Origin: an uncultured delta proteobacterium
GTDB taxonomy: Bacteria; Desulfobacterota; Binatia; UBA9968
Assembly (NCBI GenBank): GCA_963755715.1
Contig: CAVWLW010000057.1
Span: forward strand, 32,001 to 96,000
DNA length: 64,000 bases
Direction of reading: 5' to 3'
The notes below the pieces were generated by a model. That model made no database searches, was not told the DNA's origin, and was given only the letters and a program-made list of their open reading frames with translations. The translations under genes were made by a program, and so were the position numbers. Position 1 is the stretch's first letter; each line of letters starts with the position of its first letter. This document shows, piece by piece, positions 47,193-58,713 of this stretch.

Positions 47193-47906
47193 TCATCCCC
47201 CTAAGTAAGCGTCGACGATTTTCGCATCTTTCAGCAGTGCCGCGCTTGCACCGCTCAGCGCAATCCGGCCGTTTTCCATGACGTAGGCACGTTGGGCGAT
47301 GCTGAGCGCCTGACGGGCGTTTTGCTCGACCAGGAAAATCGTCAGGCCTTGAAGATTCAGCGTGCGCAGGGTGTGAAAAATCTCCAGCACGACGAGCGGC
47401 GCCAAACCCATGGAGGGCTCGTCTAAGAGCAAGACACGCGGCTTGGCCATCAGGGCGCGGGCTATCGCCAACATTTGCTGCTCGCCGCCGGAGAGGTTTC
47501 CCGCCGCGCCATCGAGCCGCTCGCGCAAGAGAGGAAACAACCCAAGCAACCGTTCTAGATCGGCGGTGATCTCATTTCGATGGGTACGCCGGTAGGCGCC
47601 CAAAAGCAGGTTTTCCCTTACCGTCAGCGTGGTGAGAATTTCCCGCCCTTCGGGCACCTGGACGAGTCCCCGGGCGACGATCTCGTGCGGCGCCAATCGC
47701 GTCAACTCGCAATTATCGAATCGAATCGATCCCGCCGCCGGCTTGATTAAGCCCGACAACGCCAGCAAGGTGGTTGATTTGCCAGCGCCGTTTGCGCCCA
47801 AGAGGGCCGTGATCTCGCCTTGTTCCAGTGTCAGGTCGATGCCTTTGACCGCTTCGATGACGCCGTAGCGAACCTGCAAGCCGGTAACGTTGACAATGGC
47901 ATTCAT
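47193..47906 (-). CDS. livF: Branched-chain amino acid ABC transporter ATP-binding protein (LivF-like)
   Basis: GANGAGKST, VPEGRE, LSGGEQQM, DEPSMGLAP and VEQNA motifs. Confidence 0.92.
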   Translation of the reverse strand: MNAIVNVTGLQVRYGVIEAVKGIDLTLEQGEITALLGANGAGKSTTLLALSGLIKPAAGSIRFDNCELTRLAPHEIVARGLVQVPEGREILTTLTVRENLLLGAYRRTHRNEITADLERLLGLFPLLRERLDGAAGNLSGGEQQMLAIARALMAKPRVLLLDEPSMGLAPLVVLEIFHTLRTLNLQGLTIFLVEQNARQALSIAQRAYVMENGRIALSGASAALLKDAKIVDAYLGG

Positions 47907-48682
47907 TGTTTCGGACTCGATACCGCGTCGCCATCGGTGCCCAAATAAGCTTCGATAACCTGGGGATTCGCGCGCACTTCAGCAGGACTGCCACGGGCGA
48001 TGATCTGGCCGAAATTCAACACGACAATTTCCCGGCACAGGCCCATGATGAAACCCATGTCATGCTCGATGATCATGATATTCAAACCGCTCTCATCGAG
48101 CTTGACGATTTCACTCATCAACTCGCGTTTCTCGGCGGCGTTCATGCCGGCGGCCGGTTCATCGAGGAGGAGCAACTTGGGTCGGGTCGCCAGCGCGCGG
48201 GCAAGCTCCAATCGGCGCTGCTCCCCATAAGAAAGCGTGCCGGCTTGGTGACCGGCTTTTTCCACAAGCCCGACGCGCGCCAAAAGCCCGCGCGCCGCGT
48301 CCCTCTCGCGCTGCTCGGCGTCACGATAACCGGGCCAGCGCAGGAGCGCGCGTACGGTGCCGTAGCGCGTCTGATCGACCATCGCTACCAGCACATTTTC
48401 GAGCGCCGTCATCTCTTTAAACAGACGAATGTTCTGAAACGTCCGCGCGACCCCGCATCGGGTAATCTGATAGGGCCGCCGGCCGTCGAGCCGTTGTCCG
48501 AAGAACTCAATAGCGCCGGCGTTTGGAGTCAATAGGCCGGTGACGAGGTTGAACAAGGTCGTTTTGCCGGCGCCGTTCGGACCGATCAAGCCGAAAATGC
48601 CGTGCTCAGGAATCGTCAAATGGATATCTTGCAAGACGTCCAAGCCGCCAAAGTGTTTGGAAACCGATGAAAGCGTGAGCAT
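47903..48682 (-). CDS. livG: Branched-chain amino acid ABC transporter ATP-binding protein (LivG-like)
   Basis: GPNGAGKTT, RTFQNIRLF, LSYGEQRRLE, DEPAAG and IEHDM motifs. Confidence 0.92.
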   Translation of the reverse strand: MLTLSSVSKHFGGLDVLQDIHLTIPEHGIFGLIGPNGAGKTTLFNLVTGLLTPNAGAIEFFGQRLDGRRPYQITRCGVARTFQNIRLFKEMTALENVLVAMVDQTRYGTVRALLRWPGYRDAEQRERDAARGLLARVGLVEKAGHQAGTLSYGEQRRLELARALATRPKLLLLDEPAAGMNAAEKRELMSEIVKLDESGLNIMIIEHDMGFIMGLCREIVVLNFGQIIARGSPAEVRANPQVIEAYLGTDGDAVSSPKQ

Positions 48683-48684
48683 AG

Positions 48685-49548
48685 CTAGCTTGTCGTGCTT
48701 GGGCGCGGCCGGCGCATCGCGAATTGTAAAAGCTCCCAAAGCCCTTTGGGCGAATAGAGAATAATCACGATGAGAATGACGCCATTGATCAGCGATCGAT
48801 AGTGGCCGAGCCCACGCAGGAGCTCCGGCAAAAGCGTGACCAGTGCTGCGCCGATCAACGCGCCCCACGGGCTCGTGGCGCCGCCGAGCACCCCCATGGC
48901 GAGGATTTCCACGCCGCGCTCGAAGCCATATTCGTTCGGGCTGATAAAAAACGTGAAATGAGCGTTGAGCGCTCCCGCTAGTCCAGCCAGCGCCGCGCCC
49001 AAAACAAAGGAAAATAATTTGTAGGCGCGGACATTGATGCCCATCAGCTCGGTGGCCACTTCATCTTGACGGATCGCGGTCATCGCGCGGCCGATCCGCG
49101 CATGCGCCAGTCGCAGGAGCACATAAAGCGTAACGCCGACGGCCAGCGTCACGTCAAGCCAGGTGGTGAGCAGCGGAATACCGTTGAGGCCGAGCGCGCC
49201 ACCGGTGATCGACTCGGCGTTGAGGATCAAGATACGCACGACTTCACCGAAAGCGAGAGTGGCCATGGCCAGGTAAACTCCCGACAGCCTCAGCGTTGGA
49301 CGACCGATCACGAGCGCGATCAATGCCGGCAGGAGCGCGCCAGCCGTGATGGCGAAGAAAAACGGAATGCCGCCGTTGATCGTCAGCAGCGCCGCCGCAT
49401 AGGCGCCGATCCCCATGAACGCGGCGTTGGCCACGGTGAGAAGACCGCAGGCGAGGGTGAGATAAATCGACAGCGCGAGCAGTATGTTGGTGCCGACGGA
49501 AAGCACCAAGGTGCTGTAGGTCGCCCAGAAACTATCGAGCCATTCCAT
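48685..49548 (-). CDS. livM: Branched-chain amino acid ABC transporter permease (LivM-like)
   Basis: AFMGIGAY, LRLSGVYLAMATLAFGE and GRAMTAIRQDE motifs. Confidence 0.9.
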   Translation of the reverse strand: MEWLDSFWATYSTLVLSVGTNILLALSIYLTLACGLLTVANAAFMGIGAYAAALLTINGGIPFFFAITAGALLPALIALVIGRPTLRLSGVYLAMATLAFGEVVRILILNAESITGGALGLNGIPLLTTWLDVTLAVGVTLYVLLRLAHARIGRAMTAIRQDEVATELMGINVRAYKLFSFVLGAALAGLAGALNAHFTFFISPNEYGFERGVEILAMGVLGGATSPWGALIGAALVTLLPELLRGLGHYRSLINGVILIVIILYSPKGLWELLQFAMRRPRPSTTS

Positions 49549-49585
49549 AAGGTTTTGAATCGACGAGCCGATGCCGCCGTCGCGC

Positions 49586-50467
49586 TCAAGCGCGCCGCTG
49601 CGCCGTGTGGCCGAACAAACCTTGCGGGCGAAACAGCAAGATCGTGAAGAGCAGGCCGAACGCCACGGCATCGCGCATGGTCGAGCCGATGTAAGCGATT
49701 GAAAATACCTCGGCGAAGCCGAGAAAAAAGCCGCCGAGCAAAGCGCCGCGGATATCGCCCATGCCGCCGAGGATCACGATCGCGATCCCCTTGTGCAGCA
49801 TCGGCTGGCCCATGTGCGGGAATACGGCGTTGGAATAAAGCGCGATGAGGACACCGGCCACGCCGCCGAGCATCGCGCCGACCACCGAGGTCATGCGAAA
49901 CAAGCCCTCGACATCGACGCCCAAGAGCGCCGCCGCTTTCGGCGATTCCGATAGGCCGCGCAGCGCGCGACCGAGGCGGGTCCGCTTCAAGCCCCACAGC
50001 AACAATGCCATGAGCGCGAACGCGAGCAAGATAATTCTCAGCTCGAGCCAAGTGATCTGCACATCGGCCAAGCTCAAAACTTCAGTCGGCATCAGCTCCG
50101 CCGGAAAGCGTTTATTCTCGGCGCCGAAGGTGCCTTCGATGGCGCTGGTCAGCACCATCGCCAAGCCGATGGTCGCGATCATCGGCGCCAGATGCGGCGC
50201 TCCGCGTGCGCGGAGCGGCGCGAAGATCCACCGATCGAGAATCCAGCCCGCGGCTCCAGTCACAATCATGGCCAGGAAAATCCCGGCGAGCAACGGCAGC
50301 CGGAGCGCCACCACCGAGTACAAGGCGGCGTAGGCGCCGAGCATAAAGAGCGCGCCTTGGGCCAAGTTGATAACGTTCAAGACGCCGAAGACGAGAGTAA
50401 AACCGAGGGCAAAGAGAGCGTAAACTCCGCCGAGAGAAAGCGCGTTGATGAGTTGTTGCGCGAGCAT
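49586..50467 (-). CDS. livH: Branched-chain amino acid ABC transporter permease (LivH-like)
   Basis: QQLINALSLGGVYALFALGFTLVFGVLNVINLAQG, ILGGMG and FRPQGLFG motifs. Confidence 0.92.
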   Translation of the reverse strand: MLAQQLINALSLGGVYALFALGFTLVFGVLNVINLAQGALFMLGAYAALYSVVALRLPLLAGIFLAMIVTGAAGWILDRWIFAPLRARGAPHLAPMIATIGLAMVLTSAIEGTFGAENKRFPAELMPTEVLSLADVQITWLELRIILLAFALMALLLWGLKRTRLGRALRGLSESPKAAALLGVDVEGLFRMTSVVGAMLGGVAGVLIALYSNAVFPHMGQPMLHKGIAIVILGGMGDIRGALLGGFFLGFAEVFSIAYIGSTMRDAVAFGLLFTILLFRPQGLFGHTAQRRA

Positions 50468-50470
50468 GCG

Positions 50471-51622
50471 CTATTTTTGAATCACGTACTGATTCGCCTT
50501 GGTCACCATGACGATCGCGGTTTGCACGGCGTCGTAGCCCGCCGGCTTGCCGTCGCGCCCGACCGCCTGGCGAAACTTGAAAGGTCCGGTTGCGCCGCTC
50601 CATTGAGCCGCGGGCAGCGCATCACGCAGCGTTTTGCGATCCGCTTCGAGCTGTCCCGTGAGCTTAATTTTTTTTAAGGCTTGCGCTGCGATATACATTG
50701 CGTCATAGGCCTGGGCCGCGAATTGATCGGGGAGTGTGCCATGGGCTTTTTGATAGGCTGCGATAAACCGTTTGTTCTCAGTCACCGGATTTTCCACCGA
50801 CCAAGGACTACCTACCCAGAGATTATCCGAATTGTCTTTAGCGAGCTCGAACACCCGCGGTGAGTTCATGCCGTTGCCGCCGATAAACGGCAAAGCGATA
50901 CCTAATTGACGGGCTTGAACCATGATCGGCGCGCCCTCCGCCACCAGCGCCGACATTACGATGGCATCGGCCCCGCTCGCTTTGATCTTGGTCAACTGCG
51001 GCTTGAAATCCACATCCCCTTTCGCGAACGTCTCCGTGGTCGCGACCGGGATCTTTAAATCCTGCAGCGCTTTCTTAAAATTATCGTAGCCGCTCTTGGT
51101 GAAAATATCGTCGTTGCCGTAAAGCACCGCGACTCTCTTCAAGCCGGTCTTCTGCGCCGCGATTTTGAGCGTGACCGGCAAGATGTCCGCTTCCGTGACC
51201 GAATTGCGAAAGACGTAGTTGCCGATCGAAGTAATGCCGTCAGCGGTATTCGAGGTGCCGAAGACGACGACTTTTGCGCCTTGAGCGACGGGATCGGATG
51301 CCTGGGCGGAGTTGGATAGAGTCGGGCCGAACAACATCAGCACCTTGTCTTGAAAAATCAGTTTTTTGAAAACATTGATCGCTTCCTCTTTCTTGCCTTG
51401 CTCGTCCTCGACTACCAGCTCGATCTTGCGACCGTTGATGCCACCACTGGCATTGATCTCACTCAGCGCCAGCTCGAAGCCCTTGCGAATCGGCAGGCCG
51501 TATTGGGACGCGTTCCCGGTCAAAGCTTCTGCGGCGCCGATTTTGATCTCAGCGGCGCGGGTCGGACCCGGCAAAACACCGAACACCAAGAAAATCCAGA
51601 GAATTACGATTCGCGACCTCAT
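50471..51622 (-). CDS. Branched-chain amino acid ABC transporter substrate-binding protein (LivJ/K-like)
   Basis: IKIG, LTG, EINASGGINGRKIELVVED, DFKPQLTKIK and AQAYDA motifs. Confidence 0.92.
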   Translation of the reverse strand: MRSRIVILWIFLVFGVLPGPTRAAEIKIGAAEALTGNASQYGLPIRKGFELALSEINASGGINGRKIELVVEDEQGKKEEAINVFKKLIFQDKVLMLFGPTLSNSAQASDPVAQGAKVVVFGTSNTADGITSIGNYVFRNSVTEADILPVTLKIAAQKTGLKRVAVLYGNDDIFTKSGYDNFKKALQDLKIPVATTETFAKGDVDFKPQLTKIKASGADAIVMSALVAEGAPIMVQARQLGIALPFIGGNGMNSPRVFELAKDNSDNLWVGSPWSVENPVTENKRFIAAYQKAHGTLPDQFAAQAYDAMYIAAQALKKIKLTGQLEADRKTLRDALPAAQWSGATGPFKFRQAVGRDGKPAGYDAVQTAIVMVTKANQYVIQK

Positions 51623-51778
51623 CACTGATTCGGAAACCTCAGCTGTGAATTGAACCGGCGCCCCGAAACTTGTGCCGCGTGGCCGATCCACGGGCGAGCC
51701 GTGAAGACGACTCGCGGGAAGCAACCTCTCGCATGACAACACGTCGCAATCACGAGCATAAACTACGCGCGAGGAAAA

Positions 51779-52351
51779 TTACTTCTTACCGGCTTCGACG
51801 TGCCAGAGATAAAGAGTATGATCCCAACTCGAGTCGTCCTTGATCTCCTCGGTTTTAAGCGGTTTCCAGTCGCCCATGTCGAAATCGTGCGAAACGATCC
51901 GCGAGCCCGGCTTCATCTGCTTCCAAATATTGGGGCGAATCATCAGATTGACTTCTGGAAGAAGATACATGGTCAGCACCGATGCCTGCGATAAGTCGAC
52001 GGTACGGATATCTTGCTGGCGGATCTCGACCAAGTCTTCGACCCCGGCCTTTTTGATATTTTCATGCGATTCTTTGATCCGTTGCGGATCGATTTCGAAA
52101 CCGATCGCCTTGACGCCGTACTTTTTCGCCGCGGTGACGACGATGCGACCGTCGCCCGAGCCGAGGTCATAAACCACATCGCCTTTTTTGACTTGAGCAA
52201 GCTCAAGCATGCGATCGACGACGGCTTGCGGCGTCGGCACATACGGTACGATCTTGCCTTCCTGCGCCTGCGACAAGCTCAGATTTACGCCGCTCGAAAC
52301 GAACAAACACAGCGCGATCGCCGATAGTGAATTCCGTCCAAACCATTTCAT
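51779..52351 (-). CDS. Class I SAM-dependent methyltransferase with a signal peptide
   Basis: VPYVPTP..VVDRML, YDLGSGDGRI, LTMYLLP and IVSHDFDMGDW motifs. Confidence 0.9.
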   Translation of the reverse strand: MKWFGRNSLSAIALCLFVSSGVNLSLSQAQEGKIVPYVPTPQAVVDRMLELAQVKKGDVVYDLGSGDGRIVVTAAKKYGVKAIGFEIDPQRIKESHENIKKAGVEDLVEIRQQDIRTVDLSQASVLTMYLLPEVNLMIRPNIWKQMKPGSRIVSHDFDMGDWKPLKTEEIKDDSSWDHTLYLWHVEAGKK

Positions 52352-52386
52352 AAGCGCCTCCTGCTTTTGTCGGGAATGGTTGTTCG

Positions 52387-52692
52387 TCAACTATTTTTCT
52401 GCCAAAACTTGCCCAACCAACTCGCGCTGTCTTTCTCCGCCACCTGCTCGAGCTCGCCGGCGTCGAGCCAGATGCCGCTGCACCCGGTGCATTGATCGAT
52501 CTGAATTTTTTGGAAGCTGCGCTCTTTAAGTGACGCGCCGCATTTGGGGCACTTCATAGAGGACGCTTTTTGGGCCGCCTCTTTGGCTTCAGCCTCCTGC
52601 TTCGATTTTAATTTCTCCAGCAACTCCCGTTCCTTTTTGACAAAGTACTCGTCTTCCTTCGCCTTCTTGCGCTCGTCCCACTTGTTCGCCAC
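52387..52692 (-). CDS. zf-TFIIB zinc-ribbon domain protein
   Basis: KEDEYF..KE.E, MKCPKCG and IDQCTGCSGIWLDAGELE motifs. Confidence 0.88.
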   Translation of the reverse strand: MANKWDERKKAKEDEYFVKKERELLEKLKSKQEAEAKEAAQKASSMKCPKCGASLKERSFQKIQIDQCTGCSGIWLDAGELEQVAEKDSASWLGKFWQKNS

Positions 52693-52723
52693 GGCTTACC
52701 TCCTCGCGTCACAATCGTTGAAT

Positions 52724-53422
52724 TTACGCCAGCACTTTGCGCAGCCATTTGGCCGTTTTTGCCACCGACTTCTCGGCGGCTTCCCGATTCGCCACATTTT
52801 TTGTCTGCGGATTATTCAGGAACGCATGTCCCGCTCCCGGATACATCGAGATCTCGTATTTCTTTTTGTGCTTATCGAGGCTCTGGCGAAACAGATCGAT
52901 TTCGGTCTGGGTCGTGCCCGGGTCGTCGGTGCCGTAGTGGCAAAGCATGGGCGCAGTGATGTCCTTTAAATCTTCTGGATCGGGGAACATGCTTTGATAG
53001 TAAATCACCCCGGCAGCGAAAGCTTTGGACTGGGCGAGGGCGTATAGCGCCAGGCCGCCGCCCATGCAGAACCCCAGCACCGCGACTTTTTTGTCGCCGA
53101 CCCACGGAAGCTTGCGCAAGTACGGCACGCTGTCGACAATGTTATGGACAGCCCGTGGAATATCGAGGGATGTCTTTTTCAGGGCGCAGTCTTCAAGGGT
53201 ATGATACGTCTTGCCATGAAAAAGATCCGGCGAGAGACAGACAAAACCTTCCTGGGCAAAGCGGCGCGTCACCGCTCTCTGGCCATCGTCCAGGCCGCGA
53301 TAACCATGAGCCAAAACGATCGCCGGCCGCTCGCCGCCAGCGCTCGGCCGGGATAAGAACCCGTCGACGACCTCTTTGCCGCTCCGATGAGCGGCATGCA
53401 TAGAGACGATTCTTTCAGCCAT
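52724..53422 (-). CDS. Dienelactone hydrolase family protein
   Basis: PDLF, GFCMGG, HYGTDD and YPGAGHAF motifs. Confidence 0.9.
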   Translation of the reverse strand: MAERIVSMHAAHRSGKEVVDGFLSRPSAGGERPAIVLAHGYRGLDDGQRAVTRRFAQEGFVCLSPDLFHGKTYHTLEDCALKKTSLDIPRAVHNIVDSVPYLRKLPWVGDKKVAVLGFCMGGGLALYALAQSKAFAAGVIYYQSMFPDPEDLKDITAPMLCHYGTDDPGTTQTEIDLFRQSLDKHKKKYEISMYPGAGHAFLNNPQTKNVANREAAEKSVAKTAKWLRKVLA

Positions 53423-53470
53423 TCGGGAAAATCAAAGTTGCGCGGAAAAACAAGAAACAACTGCCGAGCG

Positions 53471-54085
53471 CTAAGCGGTAAATCCAGTCATATAAGGCAA
53501 CTTCGCCGCGGTTTTTTTGACCGCGTCGAGATTAGCGCGCAATAACGTCGTGGAGTCCCAATAACCCTGGGTCAGCGCCGTGCGATAAGTCTCCGGTAGA
53601 TCGATAGGAATTTTTTCACCGCCATAGGAAATCGTCCTGCTTTCCAGATCGACCGTATATTCCGTGCGCGGATTGTCCTCGACGCTTTTCATCAGTTGCG
53701 CGATTTCCTTGGCGTCGACGACTACCGTGGGCAAGCCCATCATCGTGCAGTTGCCGGCAAAAATCGCCGCAAAGGATTCGCCGACGATCGCCTGGATGCC
53801 GAAACGGTACAACGCCTGCGGCGCATGCTCGCGGGACGAGCCGCAACCGAAGTTCTTGTTCACGAACAAAATCGACGCGCCTTTATACTCCGGGTCGTTG
53901 AACGGATGATCTTTCTTTTTTTTCGAAGCATCAAAGCGTTCGTCGAAAAACGGATACTCGCCCATGCGCGCGAAAGTGACTTCCTTCAGATAGCGCGCTG
54001 GAATGATGCGGTCGGTATCGATATCGTTGCCCCGGATCGGCACCGCGGTGCCGGCGACTTTGGTAATCTTGACGATCTCGCTCAT
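53471..54085 (-). CDS. leuD: 3-isopropylmalate dehydratase small subunit
   Basis: DIDTDRIIPARYLK and NFGCGSSREHAPQAL motifs. Confidence 0.96.
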   Translation of the reverse strand: MSEIVKITKVAGTAVPIRGNDIDTDRIIPARYLKEVTFARMGEYPFFDERFDASKKKKDHPFNDPEYKGASILFVNKNFGCGSSREHAPQALYRFGIQAIVGESFAAIFAGNCTMMGLPTVVVDAKEIAQLMKSVEDNPRTEYTVDLESRTISYGGEKIPIDLPETYRTALTQGYWDSTTLLRANLDAVKKTAAKLPYMTGFTA

Positions 54086-54095
54086 AGCTCCTCGC

Positions 54096-55493
<1,398 letters not shown>

Positions 55494-55563
55494 TAAACAC
55501 TCTCCTTCGCGGAGATAATATCGGTCGCTACCAGTGAGATCAAGAGAGGCGAAGAGTCGCGAG

Positions 55564-55660
55564 ATTCCTACTTTCTGGTTCTAGGTTTCAATTTAAAGTC
55601 CTCGCAATCGCTCTGCAACGCGCACATCCAACTAGAAACTTAAAACTGGGAACGAGAAAC
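55564..55660. repeat. Degenerate inverted heptamer repeats (TTCnAGn-like facing GAAACTn-like)
   Basis: ttcctactttctggttctaggtttcaattt ... aactagaaacttaaaactgggaacgagaaact. Confidence 0.45.
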
Positions 55661-55669
55661 TGCCCAGCC

Positions 55670-56584
55670 TCACAAACATTTTTTCTTCACCCAATCGACG
55701 ATCTCGCACCGTTTCGCGAACCAAAGATCAGGAAACGACTTGGCATACTTGATACACTCGTCGTAAACCTTGCCGGTCGCCGGAAAGGCCATTTGGCAAT
55801 GCATCGCCAAAGTCAGCATCTTGGGCTCGTCCGCCGATTCTTCGTACAATAGGTCAAATTCGTCCTTGAATGAGTTGAACACATCACGGGCCGTAATCCC
55901 GCGGCGATACATGCCGGTGTCGTTGAGTCCGCTGACCGCGTTCTTATACGGCACGACGATCATCGTCTTACCGTTGATATTCACCGGATAGGGATTGTCA
56001 TCGTTGACCGCGTCACCATGCCACGCGAAGCCTTCGTCGGCGAGAATTCCTAATGTTCGCTCCGTATGGCGCATGCCCGACGTGAGCCAGCCCGTCGGCC
56101 GCACGCCGACAAAGTCCTGAAACATCTTCGCACAAGTGCGGATCTCGTCGCGCTCCTGCTCTTCGGTCAGCTGCGTCAGTTGAAAGTCTTCGGCATAAGA
56201 ATGACCGACGATCTCATGGCCGCGCTGGTGAATCGCTTTGACCGCCTCGGGATAACGATGGATGCAAAGAGCATTCGTATTGAACGACGCCTTCACACCG
56301 TATTTGTCCAAGATGCGCAAAATGCGCCACACACCGGTCCGCCCGCCGTAGTCATTTTCACTCGCGGTGCGGCAATCGTACTGGGAGACAACATCGTCTT
56401 CCTTGATCGGATTCGAGCCGCCGACATGATGCGTGCGCCGGTGCTTGGGATTGGGGATTTCCGTCCAGGCTTCCAAGATTACCCGCCAACGCGATCGCCA
56501 TGCGCGCGCCTTGCGGCCATTTGAATCTTGAGTCTTTTTCGCCTTCGAATAAACGTCGTAGAAGTTATCGTGTTGCGGCATCAT
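55670..56584 (-). CDS. Polysaccharide deacetylase family protein (PuuE-like), with compensating frameshifts near the N-terminus
   Basis: YGGRTGVWRIL, GHEIVGHSY, RPTGW, DDNPY and EFDLLYEE. An alternative frame near 56490-56530 reads RFKWPQGARMAIALA, the typical N-terminal motif. Confidence 0.85.
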   Translation of the reverse strand: MMPQHDNFYDVYSKAKKTQDSNGRKARAWRSRWRVILEAWTEIPNPKHRRTHHVGGSNPIKEDDVVSQYDCRTASENDYGGRTGVWRILRILDKYGVKASFNTNALCIHRYPEAVKAIHQRGHEIVGHSYAEDFQLTQLTEEQERDEIRTCAKMFQDFVGVRPTGWLTSGMRHTERTLGILADEGFAWHGDAVNDDNPYPVNINGKTMIVVPYKNAVSGLNDTGMYRRGITARDVFNSFKDEFDLLYEESADEPKMLTLAMHCQMAFPATGKVYDECIKYAKSFPDLWFAKRCEIVDWVKKKCL

Positions 56585-56636
56585 GGCCCGCTCAAGCCTC
56601 CTTCAAAAAAACGCCGTCTTGTTTATTTCCGGTTCC

Positions 56637-56665
56637 GGTATAAGTAAATCACCACAGGGTGTCAA
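56637..56665 (-). promoter_or_regulatory. Putative sigma70 promoter for the deacetylase (and possibly leuCD)
   Basis: TTGACA-N17-TATACC. Confidence 0.45.
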
Positions 56666-56864
56666 TCTAGAATCTCATTTTGGCAGCGCGCCCGTCGTCG
56701 CGAGCAGAGCGATAAACACCGATCAAAAACGCGGGAAATTGCCCGCTGCGAATCCCCATGTCAAAGCCATGAGTGCTTTGGCGACCAAGGAAGAGCAGAT
56801 CCACTACGTCAGCCGTCCGAGTCAAGTTTGTTCCCTTTGTCTTCACAACCAATTGATTCGCCAT

Positions 56865-57596
56865 TCAGTATTTGACTTCCACTAAAAACAATCCATGCGG
56901 AGGCGCCGTCGCGCCGGCTTTGGTTCGGTCGCGCGCTTCCAATAATTCCTTGAACGATTCTGCCGTGCGCAAGCCGCGCCCCACTTCGACAAGCGTTCCG
57001 ATGATATTGCGCACCATGTGGCGTAGAAACGCCGTCGCTTCGATCGTGTAAACGAGCAAATCCCCACGCTGGTCCAGAGACGTCCGGTAAACCTCTCGAA
57101 CCGCATGCTCTGCGTCGCATGCTGCCGCTTGGAAGGACGAAAAATCATGCTCCCCGAGGAGGCATTGAATAGCTTCGCGCATCGCTTCAAGCTCCAACGA
57201 CTCATGCAAGTGCCAAGCGCGATGCCGATAAAATGGCGACGCCGTTGCGCGGTTGAGGATGTGATATTCGTACAACCGGCTGCGGCCATCGCGCCGGGCA
57301 TCGAATGAGTCGGCAACAATCTCCACTTCCCTGATAGCAATGTCGTCGGGCGTGAGCGCGTTGAGCGCGCGGCGAATTCGGTGCGGGTTATAGATTTCCG
57401 CTGAGAAGAAATTGGCCACCTGTCCGAGCGCATGAACGCCGGCGTCGGTCCGTCCGGAACCGGTTACACGGGTGGGCGTTTTGAGAAAGGTCGAAACCGC
57501 TTTTTCCAAAACAGCTTGAATCGTCTCGCCGCGGGGCTGAATCTGCCAACCGTGATAGTTGGTGCCGTCATATTCGATGGTGATCTTGACGTTCAC
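56865..57596 (-). CDS. truA: tRNA pseudouridine(38-40) synthase
   Basis: YDGTNYHGWQ, GSGRTDAGVHA.GQV, GEHDFSSF, AFLRHMVRNIIG and TAPPHGLFL motifs. Confidence 0.97.
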   Translation of the reverse strand: MNVKITIEYDGTNYHGWQIQPRGETIQAVLEKAVSTFLKTPTRVTGSGRTDAGVHALGQVANFFSAEIYNPHRIRRALNALTPDDIAIREVEIVADSFDARRDGRSRLYEYHILNRATASPFYRHRAWHLHESLELEAMREAIQCLLGEHDFSSFQAAACDAEHAVREVYRTSLDQRGDLLVYTIEATAFLRHMVRNIIGTLVEVGRGLRTAESFKELLEARDRTKAGATAPPHGLFLVEVKY

Positions 57597-57684
57597 ACAA
57601 GAATGGTTTCGGATCTTGGGTTAGCGCTGAGTCATCCGGTCTTCGGTCACCGGTTCTATAATCGCATTCGTCATTGCGGGCAAT

Positions 57685-58707
57685 CTAAATATAATCGCGG
57701 ATCAGAATCTCGGCGATCTGCACGGCGTTAAGCGCCGCGCCTTTGCGCAGATTGTCGGCGACGATCCAGAGATTGAGGCCATTGGCGACCGAATTGTCCT
57801 CACGAACTCTGCCGACGTAAATAGCGTCTTTACCGGTCGCATCGATCGCCATCGGATAAATGTTTTCTTCCGGCACGTCGGCCAGGATGATACCCGGCGC
57901 TTCGCGCAGAATCTGCTTGGCCTCCGCCGCCGAAAGCTTCACCACGGTTTCGACATTGACGGACTCCGAGTGGCTGCAGAAAACCGGCACGCGCACGGTG
58001 GTCGCCGTGACCGGCAGGTTCGGTTCGCCAAGAATCTTGCGCGTCTCGTCGATCATCTTGATCTCTTCCTTGGTGTAGCCGTTTTCCAAGAAGACATCGA
58101 TGTGCGGGATGCAATTGAAAGCGATCTGATGCGGAAACTTGTTCTTTTCAATCTCCTTGCCGTTGAATAACGCCGCCACTTGCTGGCTCAATTCATCCAT
58201 GGCCTTGCGCCCGGCTCCCGATACGGATTGATAAGTCGACACGACAAGCCGCTTGATACGCGCCGCGTCGTGGATCGGCTTGAGCGCCACGACCATTTGA
58301 ATGGTCGAGCAATTGGGGTTGGCAATAATACCGCGGTTTTTGTAACCGGCGATTTCCTTGGCATTCACCTCGGGAACCACCAACGGAACGTCCGGCTCCA
58401 TCCGAAAAACCGACGTGTTGTCGACAACCACCGCGCCCGCATCTACGGCAAGGGGCGCGAATTTGGCGCTCACGGTGCCGCCGGCAGAGAACAAACCGAT
58501 GTCGATTCCCTCGAAGGAACCCTCATTCAGCACTTCAACGCGAAGCTGCTTGCCTTGAAAGGGCAGAAGCTGCCCCGCGGATCTCTCAGAAGCCAGAAGC
58601 CGCAACTCACCGACGGGAAATTCGCGTTCTTCCAAAACTTCGCGCATCTGCTCGCCGACCGCGCCGGTAGCGCCGACGACGGCGACGTTGTACTTTTCTT
58701 TCTTCAC
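57685..58707 (-). CDS. asd: Aspartate-semialdehyde dehydrogenase
   Basis: VVGATGAVG, IANPNCSTIQ, STYQSVSGAG, RVPVFCSHSE and DNLRKGAALNAVQIAE motifs. Confidence 0.97.
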   Translation of the reverse strand: MKKEKYNVAVVGATGAVGEQMREVLEEREFPVGELRLLASERSAGQLLPFQGKQLRVEVLNEGSFEGIDIGLFSAGGTVSAKFAPLAVDAGAVVVDNTSVFRMEPDVPLVVPEVNAKEIAGYKNRGIIANPNCSTIQMVVALKPIHDAARIKRLVVSTYQSVSGAGRKAMDELSQQVAALFNGKEIEKNKFPHQIAFNCIPHIDVFLENGYTKEEIKMIDETRKILGEPNLPVTATTVRVPVFCSHSESVNVETVVKLSAAEAKQILREAPGIILADVPEENIYPMAIDATGKDAIYVGRVREDNSVANGLNLWIVADNLRKGAALNAVQIAEILIRDYI

Positions 58708-58713
58708 GACTAA

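Noticed and set aside
51625-51775. Riboswitch upstream of the liv operon
   Set aside because: GC-rich with possible stems, but I could not match glycine, SAM, TPP or cobalamin consensus features; an Rfam scan is needed.
51779-52351. Signal-peptide-bearing methyltransferase as a novelty
   Set aside because: This VPYVPTP/DLGSGDGRI subfamily commonly has an N-terminal signal or anchor and is widespread.
56667-56864. 65-aa ORF abutting the truA stop
   Set aside because: No recognisable family or clear RBS; another frame looks like a stop-interrupted hydrophobic relic, so neither can be supported.
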